From: Eledone cirrhosa | Lineage: Eukaryota | Length of the DNA: 64,000 bases | Assembly: GCA_964016885.1 (NCBI GenBank) | Contig: OZ024754.1 | Location: forward strand, 46,252,001 to 46,316,000 | Reading direction: 5' to 3' | Part shown: one piece after another, positions 37,993 through 49,969 of the stretch | How positions within the stretch are numbered: the first letter of the stretch is position 1 | How the letters are laid out: every line of letters starts with the position of its first letter | Made by a program: the position numbers and the translations under genes | The notes under the pieces: generated by a model | Database searches by the model: none | Told to the model about the DNA's origin: nothing | The model's input: only the letters and a program-made list of their open reading frames with translations

Positions 37993-38322
37993 ATCATCAT
38001 TTTACATCCGCTTTTCCCTGTTTGCAAGGGTGGGACGGGAACTGATTCTGGCTTGATTTCTACAGCCGGATGCCCTTCCTAACACCAACCTCATTTACAG
38101 TGAGTGCTGGGTGCTTTATTTCCGTGGCGCCTACACGTCCACTTTACAGTGGAATGATAGGGACCCCTGTCCTATCATCTCATTTCTACAGCTGAGTAAA
38201 CAGGAGCAATGTGAAATAAAGTGTCTTGCTCAAGGAAACAACACATCACCCGGTGTGAGAATTGAAATCACAACCTTTCGATTGCCAGGCCAATGCTCTA
38301 ACCACTAAGCCATGTGCCTCCA
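37993..38322 (-). mobile_element. tRNA-derived SINE with an RTE-derived 3' tail
   Basis: Minus strand has A/B-box-like head (TGGCTTAGTGG...TTCAATTC), central TTGAGCAAGACACTT, and a tail matching the RTE UTR at 26400-26520. An internally deleted copy sits at 21541-21720. Confidence 0.8.
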
Positions 38323-38324
38323 TC

Positions 38325-38372
38325 TACATATAAATACACATACATACATACATACATACATACATACATACA

Positions 38373-38404
<32 letters not shown>

Positions 38405-39145
38405 CATACATATACATACATATACATACATACACATACATACACATACATATATATACATAATATACATATACATACATACACATAAGCATATACACAT
38501 ATACACAATCATATACACATATACACAAGCATATACACATATACACAAGTATATATACATATACACAAGTATATATACATATACACAAGTATATATACAT
38601 ATACACAAGTATATATACATATACATACATACATATATACATATACATACATACATATACATATACATACATATATACATATACATATATACATATACAT
38701 ACATATATACATATACATACATACATATATACATATACATACATATATACATATACATATACATACATACATATACATACATATATACACATCATACATA
38801 TATACATACATATACATATATACATATACATACACACATATACATACACACATATACATACACACATATACATACACACATATACATACATATACACATA
38901 TATACACATACATATACACATACATACATATACACATACATACATATACACATACATACATATACACATACATACATACATATACATACACATATATACA
39001 TATACACATACACACATATATACATACACATATATACATACACACATATATACATACACACATATATACATACACACATATACATACACATACATATACA
39101 TACATACACACACATATGCATAAATATATATATATACATACATAA
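38325..39145. repeat. Compound (TACA)/(TA)/(CA) microsatellite
   Basis: Seen directly in the sequence. Confidence 0.95.
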
Positions 39146-39159
39146 AAACAAATTCACCT

Positions 39160-41641
39160 CATGGACGAGAATGCAAGGGCTCCTCCTCTTTGTTTCGGTC
39201 GCGGATGGCTAACATAACCCATCTCCCCCATTTCCCCCCGCTCCCACCCTCCAAACGCAATCTAAAACTTCAGAGTTGGTACCATGAATGTAGGCACCTT
39301 AAAGGGTCGCTCTAATGAGGTTGTAGAAATGCTTGAACGTAAGGAGGTCGATGTTTGTTGTATTCAAGAGACCAGGTGGAGGGGTGGGTCTGCTAGATTC
39401 ATCGTGGGTAAAGAACGATGCTATAAGCTTTTCTGGGTGGGAAATGACGATGGGCTGGGTGGAGTAGGAATCATGGTAGCAGAAAAGTGGGCAGATAAGA
39501 TAATAGATGTAAATAGAGTGAACGACAGAATAATTAAAATAAGACTTGTCCTCAATAGAACTACGGTGACAGTAATATCTGCGTACGCACTCCAATCCGG
39601 ACTGCCCGGCACTATAAAAGACAGATTCTATGAGACACTGATGCTCACTACCTCCCAAATAACCAACAGTGACTATATAATTATTGCTGGCAACCTAAAT
39701 GGTCACGTTGGACAACATTGTGACGGCTATGACGGAATCCATGGAGGCTATGGGTTTGGTACTAGAAATGAGGAAGGCTCCAGAATCCTGGAATTCTGTG
39801 ACGCAAATAACCTAACTATCTGTAACACTAACTTCAAAAAACGAGACAATCACTTGATCACCTATAGATAGGGGGACACACAAGCCAGGTAGATTATATC
39901 CTTACCAGGAGACGTGACAGAGTGTCTGTTGTAAACACTAAATCCCTCCCCCATGAAGAATGCACGTCTCAACATAGACTCATAATTAGCGACCTCATAG
40001 TCAGGACGAGACGTATTCGACAACAGAAGAGGACTATCCTCAGGAGAAAAATATGGAAATTAAAGGACCCCACAGCCAGTAATAAATTTAAAAGCATATT
40101 ACTTGATGCTTTTGATAGTAAGGAAGAGCAATTAGAGTTGTACAATATAGAGGAAGAGTGGGAATTCCTGAAAGCTAACCTGTTGAAGGCGACAGATGAA
40201 ACCTGTGGCTGGAGCAGGCCTCTAGACAGGAGGAGAGTAACTTGGTGGTGGAACAGTAAGGTGGAGAGGTCAATCAAGGCCAAAAAGCAGGCTTGGAAAG
40301 CATGGCGGGATGGGGGAAGTAGAGAAGACTATCAAGTGGCCAGGAGGGAAGCTAGGAGACAAGTGTACTTCGCAAGAAGGGAAGCAGAGGAAAGAAAGTT
40401 CAAGCATGTTCTACAACGTGAGGTGTTCAGGATTGCTAGGCAATGTGTCAAGGAAAACAGTGATATTGTCGAGGAGAAGTGTGTCCTAAATGATGATGGT
40501 GTACTTGCCATCACTGACGCTGATAAGAAGGTAGCTTGGAAGTGTCACTACGAAAGGCTACTAAATGAGGAGAATAATTGGGAGAAAGACAGTCTCCCCC
40601 ACATCGACCCAATAGAGGGACCAGCAATGAAAGTTGAAGGTAGTATAATAAGTAAGGCGATCAAAGACATGAAGACGGGCAAGGCGTCCGGGCCTTCGGA
40701 AATAGTTGCCGAAATGCTGAAAGCATCTGGAACGGTGGGACACACTATGGTCACCCGGATAGTAAACCAAGTCATACAGAATGGGGTCGTTCCGAAGGAC
40801 TGGCGCAGCAGCATCATCATTAACTGATACAAGGGTAAAGGTGATGCCCTAGATAGGGGGAAACTATAGAGGCATTAAATTAATTGACCAGGTCATGAAG
40901 GTCACAGAAAAAGTAATAGCGCAACTAATCAGAGAGCGAATTGATCTAGACGAAATGCAGTTCGGGTTTGTGTCAGGTAAAAGTACAACAGACGCTCTTT
41001 TCATTGTACAACATCTACAGGAGAAGTACCTAGCTAAAAGTAAACCCCTATACTTAGCTTTTGTTGACTTGGAGAAAGCCTTTGACAGAGTACCTCGCTT
41101 GATTATCTGGTGAGCCCTTAGAAAACTAGGTGTTGATGAATGGCTTGTGAGAGCTATACAAGCCATGTATAAAGAAACAGTCAGCAAGGTTAGAATTAAC
41201 AACGAATATAGTGAAGAGTTGGTGTTCATCAGGGCTCCGTCCTTAGCCCCCTACTATTTATTATTGCTCTTCAGGCTATAACAGAGGAGTTCAAGACCGG
41301 CTGCCCATGGGAACTCCTATATGCAGATGATCTAACGCTCATAGCTGAATCAAAAGGCCTTAAAGTTAACTTGTCTAAGACTAAAGTTTGTAGGAAGTAA
41401 AATAGGGCACCGGTCCCATCTGGGAAATGGCCATGCTCAGTGTGTAGGAAAGGAGTAGGTAGAAACTCCATGTTATGTCCCAAATGCAAAGTATGGCTAC
41501 ATAAAAGATGTAGTGGGATCACAGGTAAGCTAACTAAGAATATAGATTTTATATGTGGCCGGTGCTCTGGTGCAATAAGTAGCACACAAGTGCCCACAGA
41601 ATACTAACTCATTCCATTGCACAGATGGTTCTATAGAAATA
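39160..41641 (+). mobile_element. Near-full-length RTE-clade LINE (APE + RT), disrupted
   Basis: GTMNVGTL, CIQETRW, GNLNGHVG, DLEKAFD, QGSVLSPLLF, LLYADDL and C-terminal Cys motif; several stops and frameshifts; 3' end missing. Confidence 0.92.
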
Positions 41642-41644
41642 CCT

Positions 41645-43620
41645 CTCTCATCAATGATTAACAGGTCAGCTTGCTGCATAAGTTTACCTGTGTCATCCCT
41701 CTTTGTGAAGAAGCAAGTTGATTCAGCAGTCATATTGAGAGGAATCGTGCACTTGGAATGAAGAGTTCTTCGTTTGTGAAGCAAAGTGGCTGCTATTCCA
41801 GATATGGCAGTGGCAAGTGCAATTATTTTTTTACATTGGAGGTAATCCATTAGAATGCTTATGACCTGTACCTGCACTTGCATTCAAGCAGAAAATTCTG
41901 CCCTCATTTTCATTTACAGAGGTAATTACTTTGTGAAAAAGAACCAGTTGCTGAGGATTCAATGTTGGCAGAAGTTGATTTATTTGTTTGCATGGACATG
42001 AATTGCTCATGACGTTCATGCATGATATCCTCTGCAAGACAATTCTTCTATTTCTCCCAGAACTGCAGAGGGTCATTTGGCATGCAGTGCAATTAAATGG
42101 TGCAGAAGATCTGTGGCAGCTGAGGACCAACAGACTAAGTTAATCTTTATATGAAGTTTACCCAGCCTTGTGATGTATGATCATTCTGAGGTAATATAAT
42201 TCAGATTGATGTCTTCTGAGAATGCGTCCAAGAGATTCACTCATAAATTGTTGATCACCATCCAGATGTCCCCTTTTTTTCTTTGCCATTTTTTGTTTGT
42301 CCAAGTGAAATATTTAGGAATATCAATATACAATATATCTTGTTCCAGCGGGTCTCTAATATTCAGTTGAAAATATTCCGTGAACTTAGTCATTGGCTGT
42401 CCCCTAGAAAGAACTTTCTTCCTGCCCTTGCTCAAACACGACCATTTGTTCCCCAGGTAAATGGCAAGGCAACTTTCCAGAATGCTTCACTGGCTGAGAT
42501 GTACCATGCATTGATATAGGTCTCAATTTCATTTCGAGCATGGACACAATTTCCTCGATCATCCTTAATAGTGAAAGTGATTTTGTCTGATCCTTTTGTG
42601 ATGTACTTTAAGTAGTTAACAACCTTGACACTGTAGACAACCTCACAATTGACCATGCTGTCTACCCCTTCTTCTATACTTTGAAAAGGAACTTTTGGCA
42701 ACAAATGCGGTTTGCCTTGGGATAACTGTTTGAGCATTGTTATTGTTGTCCTAGCCCTTCCTTTCATGAGCACATCATATTAACTTGTCCACATGGGCCA
42801 TGAATGTTGCAAGATGGGGATGATCTTCTGTAGAATTGGAATCTCACAGTACACTACCTGATCAATGTCATCAGCAGTTTTGTGCTTACTATCTTCAGCC
42901 ATTATCTGCAGAATATGAGCATGAGTGGGGCCTCGTTTCTGCCACTCTATTGTAGCAGAACGAGCAACAACTTTTCCTAGGACATTTTCTTTTTCAGTAT
43001 GTCACCCATGAGGCTGTCATACTTGATGTTGAAGAATCTTGCACAAATATCAGGACGGTCTCTAGGTTCTTGACTAGGGTGCAAATTATTTTTTATTTCA
43101 TCCCAGTTAGAGTTAGTTGTTACCGTGATGAAATAAGACGACTTTACCATGTCGAACCACAGTCATCGAATTCTGAAAGCACTCAGTGTAGAAGCGATTG
43201 GGAACCATAGATTGAAGGTGGAAGAACAATTCTCCGGCCTTCATTTACTGAATCTCCCTCAGCATCATAGAAACCCTCATACTTTTCAGCTCACATCACG
43301 GTTCGATTGTTACGGCCATTTTGAGGTGACAACATTGTATTTTTCCCTGGGCATCTACAGCATATTGCTGCATCAGCCACCTGCTCTTCACGACAACATT
43401 AGTCACCTTGTCTAACCTGAAACCGATAACCAGTGGGTGTGAGTGTGTGGTTGTTGTCAATCCTTTTCAAACCAACCCGAAACCCATCATTCCCACAAGG
43501 AAACAGTAGCACAGGACAATATTCACATTTTCAGAGACTGGCATTTTAATGACTTTCTTGAAGCTTCTTATATGATAAATGTTACCTATGATCTTAAATG
43601 TGGGACTAAACCCTGGCTTG
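41645..43620 (-). mobile_element. Helitron RepHel coding remnant
   Basis: Minus-strand motifs in order: PTFKIIGNIYH, FITVTTN..W.EI, RPDICARFF, EWQKRGPTHAHIL (HUH), YLKYITKG, then helicase SAGTG, SGIAATLL and LLIIDE. Confidence 0.85.
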
Positions 43621-44143
43621 CTCACCCCCCCCCCCTCTCTCTCTCCCATACACTGACATAAGATCATATAATTCAGCATTGTGGCTGTCTGTAAAATGTG
43701 AAAAGAAAGGCAAGGTTTTAACTGACATATAATTAGATGTATGTATTTATGCCATGTGCGTTAATTTATATACGCACAATAGTCAGTCTCCTGATCTGTT
43801 ACAAACACAATTCTCAGGGCGAAACAGATTAAATCTCTAATCTGTCCGGGAGATGAAATAGTTATTGAAACTGTGTGTACATTTTACTCTATCCTGTATT
43901 TTCCGTTTGCTCGCACGAGGTGAAATATTCATTCGTGTAGCTTTTAGTTTTAGGTGTTTGTCACATTTCATCTTATCTCTCGCTGATGATGCCTACGGAT
44001 TATCTGTTACAAACACAATTCTCAGGGCGAAACAGATTAAATCTCTAATCTGTCTGGGAGATGAAATAGTTATTGAAACGATCTGTACATTTTACTCTTT
44101 ATCCTGTATTTTCCGTATGCTTCAGGTTAAATCTGTCAAACCA

Positions 44144-44183
<40 letters not shown>

Positions 44184-46214
44184 TCAACCAACTGTGACGC
44201 CTAAACCAATCAGCTTTAGTAATCCAGTGAAACTACACACCGATTGGTCGAAATACAGTTTTCAAGATTTAGCATTCTGGAGCCACTTTTCACAGTGGCA
44301 AAATTTACCCATCTCATTACAGTTGAAAATTGCAAACTTGACTGTCACCACACATTATGAACCTGAAGATTGCGGAAGCATGAAAGTACTTGTTCAATTA
44401 ACACTTAACATTTAATATTCTACCATACTATTTCATTCTAATACTATAAATTTTAAAGGATTGTAAATAAAACGAGTAAATCAAAGTTGGAATTCCTTTT
44501 ATTAATATAATCTTCTATACATAATCATACACACCCGTGTATATCTATCTATCATATATATATATATATATATAATGACACACACATATTGTCCTGGGTA
44601 TGACATTAAACTACATCCAGTGACAAGGCTCCATTTCGGCAATTCATGAGCTGTGGGGAATGTGGAGTTACCCCTTAGTTGTCATAACTCCCAGGTCTGC
44701 TCTGGCCCGGAGCAGTGTTACCTGTTAGGGCCCCATTTATGGGTGAAATAATAAAAGAACCATGTAGTCGATTTAACAGCACTAAGGTTGTCAAGGCTTA
44801 TGGGCACTCTGAATGTGAGGACAATTCGGACACTGAGAAATACTTCCCTGGAACTAAGAAGACCCCCACCCCGAAAAGAGGCCCGACCCAGTGGTGCCAA
44901 ACCAAAAGGTATGCTTTCTCTCTCTCTCTCTCTCTCGCATACACTTAATGTTAAAAGAAAAGCAAGCAAGCTTTGAAGTGACAAATAATTAGATACATTG
45001 ATACGACGCGTCGCCCTCATATCATGTATCTGTATGGCTGTCTGTCTGAACTTTCTAAATAAAACACACCCACACCCAACAAAGAGAACCAAATAGTTAA
45101 ATTATAGAGTAGCCTAACTTGAGATTTTAATTTTTTCCATTTTTTTCATACACAAAAATACAGATCCATAAACATTTATGTGTGTGGATCTATGTATATA
45201 GATAGGTAGATGGACAAGGGTGTCCTCACATAGGAGGTTTCCCGGTTGTTGTAATGATAGACTCCAGTTCTATCCCGAAAAACTTGAAATGAAGCAACTG
45301 GCTTATTAATGCAATGTGCTGCCAGACCTAGGGTTTGATGTTATGTTTATGAGTGCAGCACACTAACCATTGAAGCCCCACCATCACATACTGAACCTAC
45401 ATTAGAACACTACCACACACTACAGCACTACCAGACACTATAACACCGCCATACTACACTACCACCATCACACTACATCACCACCAACACCACCATTCTA
45501 TATATTCAGATATATCATATCTACCCCACCTTTAACCCTGGCCCTTTATAACCCCTAAAATCTCTATTTCAGATATATCGTCATTCCTACGTTACCTCTA
45601 AATATGTAACTGCTTCACCACGGCCGTTGTTGTCCCTAATGAAGGACTGGGCTCTGCTACGCAACAGCAATGTACCAGATGGTTTTGAGAAATACTTCCC
45701 TGGAGCTAAGGAGACCCTGCCACGAAAAGAGGCCCGACCCAGTGGTGCCAAACCATAAGGTATGCTTAATCTCTCTCTCTCTTCTAGACACTTCTATAAG
45801 GTCATATAATTGAACAGTGTCATTTCTAAAATGTGAAAAGAAAGGCAATGTTTTCAGTGACATAATTAGAAAGATATAGATACAACGCCGCACACTCATA
45901 TCATATATATATATAAAACTGTGTGTGTCTCTCCTCATTTTTGCAAAGTCTATACAAATCCACATTTCTACTCTGATTGGCTTCAAACTTGCATTTATAT
46001 ATTCCTTGTGGTCTAAAGATATTAACTGCAGCTTTTATTTTTCAATTTTCTGTTTTTAAAGAGGTGTTAGGCACCAGTTATCGATCTCCATCGTGCCCTT
46101 ATAATATCTGTTTGTATGTCTGGCTGTCTGCATAACGACATTATGATCCATGACGTCAGCAATGACGTTAATCTTTGCCACATTCACACACACACACACG
46201 CGCATGCGCAGATA

Positions 46215-46256
<42 letters not shown>

Positions 46257-46635
46257 TATGTACGTATGTATGTATGTACGTATGTATGTGAGTTTCAGAA
46301 GATCCCGTTAAGGGTGAAAGCAGCGATTCTTTGCTTAAACTTTAATCTGTTATTTTAATAAATATATATATATATATATCATAATTGAATATAAAAGAAA
46401 AACGAACACAGATATATACATGTGTTCAAATAGTAAGGCATGAGATTCGCTAAGGTGAAAAGAATACTAACTATAGACAATTTAAGAATAAATCAATAAA
46501 ATAAATACAAACTTGGCTGCTATCTTTAGTGGTGGGAGTTTGTGAGACACGCTAAGTTCAGATACCATGTGCGTTATATATACGCACACTATTCAGTTTT
46601 TTAATATACTTAGAAATGTCCATGATAATAATTCT

Positions 46636-46715
46636 TCATCCACTGATGAGCAAGAATTGGTATTCCTCTTCACAATTAATTTTGCGAAACAGCATTACCA
46701 AAGGTGTCTGGGTGA
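46636..46715 (+). ncRNA. Type I hammerhead ribozyme motif
   Basis: Stem I TCATCCA/TGGGTGA; core CTGATGA; stem II GCAAG-AATTG/CAATT-TTTGC; GAAA; stem III ACA/TGT; GTC cleavage triplet at 46706-46708. Confidence 0.75.
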
Positions 46716-47168
46716 TTTTCTCGGTCTTTGCTTGACCCAGGATTGCAGCTCGGTGAGCGAGACGAGTCTGGGAAAGGCTCGCCTCACAAACGGGGCCCAC
46801 ACCGGTTGACCGGTGATGAATACCTGGAGGTGCCGTAGCCTTAATGCGTGTTTACGCATCACCAGCCACGGCATCTCAGCCCTCCGTTCGAAGGGTGTTG
46901 ACAGCAGATGGATCTCCTCACCATAGGAGCCCGCTTCTTCCAAAGGAATTGGAAGAGTGTGCGCTCCATTTTGGAGAGCGTTTCCCTTGGGCAAGGCACG
47001 ACGGTCAGGCGGTAGTAGATGTGTTCGCCACCTCCGCCCGACGACGGCATTAACAACTCCAACTTCTGCAGCAGTGGCTCTAGTCATTACATACAGAAGG
47101 GAGGAGAGAGGGCACCCTTGTCGGATGGACCGCGCGATTTCGAACGGCTCCGAGAGGTAGCCGTTCAC
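46716..47168 (-). mobile_element. Tx1/L1-clade LINE RT fragment
   Basis: NGYLSEPFEIARSIRQGCPLSSLLYV and LFQFLW...GGL, with internal deletions. Confidence 0.75.
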
Positions 47169-47174
47169 CTTGAC

Positions 47175-48348
47175 AAGAGCAGAAGTGCGTGCCTGCCTGC
47201 CTTAAGTCGTCCATGTTGTGGCTCCAGGTGAAGAGTTTGTACTTGAGCACAAATATGCGTGCTCATTTGCATGGTGACATGTCTGCAGCATTTGGTCAGA
47301 ATATTTTAGCACTTTGTGAGGGCAAGGTCCCTGCGGATGACAAAGGCGGAATAGCAATCGACTCCCTGTGCAACATTGTGAGCAGCCCTTCTGACCTTTT
47401 GGAAGCAGTTTTTTCTAATGTCTCATCTAACTTTAAAAACCTCGATTAGCTCAGCGAAAGAGCCATCCTTGCTCGGAAAAATACCATGGTTAATTTTATT
47501 AACGAGCAGCTGATTGAGAAGATTCCCGGTAAAGAAGACATCTTCAAATCTATCGACCTGGCGTCAGACCCCGACGATATCGTTAATTATCCGGTTGAGT
47601 TATTAAATTCCCCAGGGCTCCCACCTCTTATTCTTAAGCTTAGGGTTGGCTGTCCCATTATGCTAATAAGGAACTTGCGTCCACCAAAGCAGTGCAACGG
47701 TACTCGCATGGTCGTCAAGTCACTGACGCTGCACTTGATTGAGGCCACCATTGTAACGGGGTGCTGGAGAGGGGAGAATGTTTTCATTCCAAGGATGAAC
47801 CTTTGCCCCTCGGCGTCAGATATCCCGTTCGATTTCCGGCGATCCCAATTCCCGGTGAGACCATTTTTTTTTTCCAAGTCCATTAACAAGTCACAAGGGC
47901 AAACATTGTTGGTGGCGGTCATCCATTTGGGGGAGCCATGCTTCTCCCATGGCCAACTTTGTTGCCAGTTTCCGCGTATGGAGCAGGAATGGACTTTTTG
48001 CTTACACTCCTCAAGGGATGACACGCAATATCGTCTACTATGAAGTGCTATAGATGTTTGAGTTATGCCGTCTGGAAAACTGGTTGGGTCACCCATAGCG
48101 GACAGATCTGACACGCAGCGGCATCAGGGCCACCATCTTGCAACTTTGTTCTACTAAATTCGCTATTGGAAGATTATTAAGCCATCATTGATTGTCTAAA
48201 ATGCTAATTGGTTCGTAACTATTAATAACCGGTTCAACTGCTTTATGCACTTAATTGATAAGATTATGCGCTTTCAAGCTACGTTTACCTGTATGTAACT
48301 TTTCATAGCAAATGAACAAACCCGAGTAACGCCGGGCTAAACTGCTAG
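47175..48348 (+). mobile_element. Helitron 3' portion (PIF1-like helicase C-terminus and terminus)
   Basis: LSTNMR, LKLRVGCPIMLIRNL, CNGTR, RSQFPV, SINKSQGQTL and CFSHGQL, followed by hairpin CCCG..CGGG and CTAG|T. Confidence 0.88.
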
Positions 48349-49969
48349 TTATCAATAATGTTATATCTCGCAATGGCCATACTCGATAACGAGGGCGCAG
48401 TCATTATGTATGGTGTTGTGATTTTTATGTACAGTATATTATTATTAGATGGGTAACGTGCCTGCAGTAATCGGTAGAGCGTCCTCTCAAAATGTTTGCA
48501 TTTTGCCCAAAGCAGAAACAATTATTATTGTTGTTTGTAGTATTAGTAGTAGTATTCATTCTATTTTGTGTTCCACGTGGTTGATATTTCATCACCACAA
48601 CACCACCACTACACCACCACGCCACCACACCAACACACACCACTACACCAACACTGTCGCCACCAGTTGGGCTACGTAGTCAAAGTGAAGGAAATAGAAT
48701 TGGTGAAAGATAGACATACTGATAGAAAGATATATGTATATATAGAGAGAGGAGGGGCGGGGGTTAGATAGAAAGACACAGTTATAGAGATACAGACAAT
48801 TACGCGTGTTGTTGTTTCTTTGATTCCGATAATACACATGTGTATCTAACAGTGATGATATGTCATATAGATTATTGAGAGGAAATGAATATTTACAAAG
48901 AAAAGCTGAAATATAATTTTAAAAAAATTAACGAATATTTATTTTTTATCTTTTGGAGTCAGTCAACATTTACCGCCATGTTCTTTGTTCTTTGTTAACA
49001 ATAAAAGAATCTAATTTCTGACATACACCCTACTTCCGATCTTTAACCGCAGCCATTATATCAGAATGTATCTGTGCGTATGTCAAACTGAGTGCATGTG
49101 TATGGGTAGGTGTATATATAAAAATGTGTGTGTGAGTTGGTCCCAGGTTCAATCTGGGGTAACCACAGTAAGGTACTCAATACATAGCAGAGTATAAATA
49201 TTGAATCTAGAAATGTCTTCTGCAGGAGTAGAACTGTATATTATATATATAATTTGTCTGTGGTATATATAGATGAATGTTTGATGCTGAATCTCCCCGA
49301 GAATCACGCTCTAAGTGTTTATATTTATCTAAAAACCTTTATGTCCCAAACACTCTTTTCGGCTGAGTATTTTACAGCTGACAATGTAGCGACAGCCAGT
49401 TTTGGAGCATGGCGTTGGATGGCACAACTATGCGAAGTGACCAGTGATATCATTATGAGGAGGAAGAGGCCAGTTTGCCGCACCGAATCCTTCTCACAGC
49501 GGCACCCCAATTTCGGAGCCGGGCCCTCTCCCGCGATGGATACTTCTCAATACGAAAGACGACCGTGGCAGCCTGGGACTAGATTGCACTGTTATGAGAA
49601 GTGACAGTCCAGTTGGCCGCTCGAAACCCCTTTCACAGCGGCAGCACAGTATCGGATCCAAGTACTGTGAATTGGATGGACACTTCTCAATACAAAACGT
49701 GCTAACGTGTGACTTGACAATGATGAGAAACCGGAACCAGACATTGTGAAGGACTGTTTGAGGGGAGGGATGTATGTATATGGTCATTAAAACACACGCA
49801 CGCACGTATATAATTCTCCTGAATGAAACAGTTATAGTCATGTAGAAGTCATTACTATATTAAATATTTATACTCTGTTATGAATTGAGTACCTTACTTA
49901 CTGTTGTTAGCTGTGATTGAACTCGGAATAAACTTTACACATTTTTGGAAACACCCTGTATATATATAT

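Noticed and set aside
38298-39157. Long ORFs rich in Y/I/C/V/M (also at 52-53 kb, 56-58 kb and 59 kb)
   Set aside because: These are translations of TA/CA microsatellites that happen to lack stop codons.
49427-49740. Telomerase RNA interpretation of the three-way junction plus H/ACA-like boxes
   Set aside because: No CTAACCCTAA-type template or pseudoknot was seen upstream; kept only as an unassigned structured candidate.
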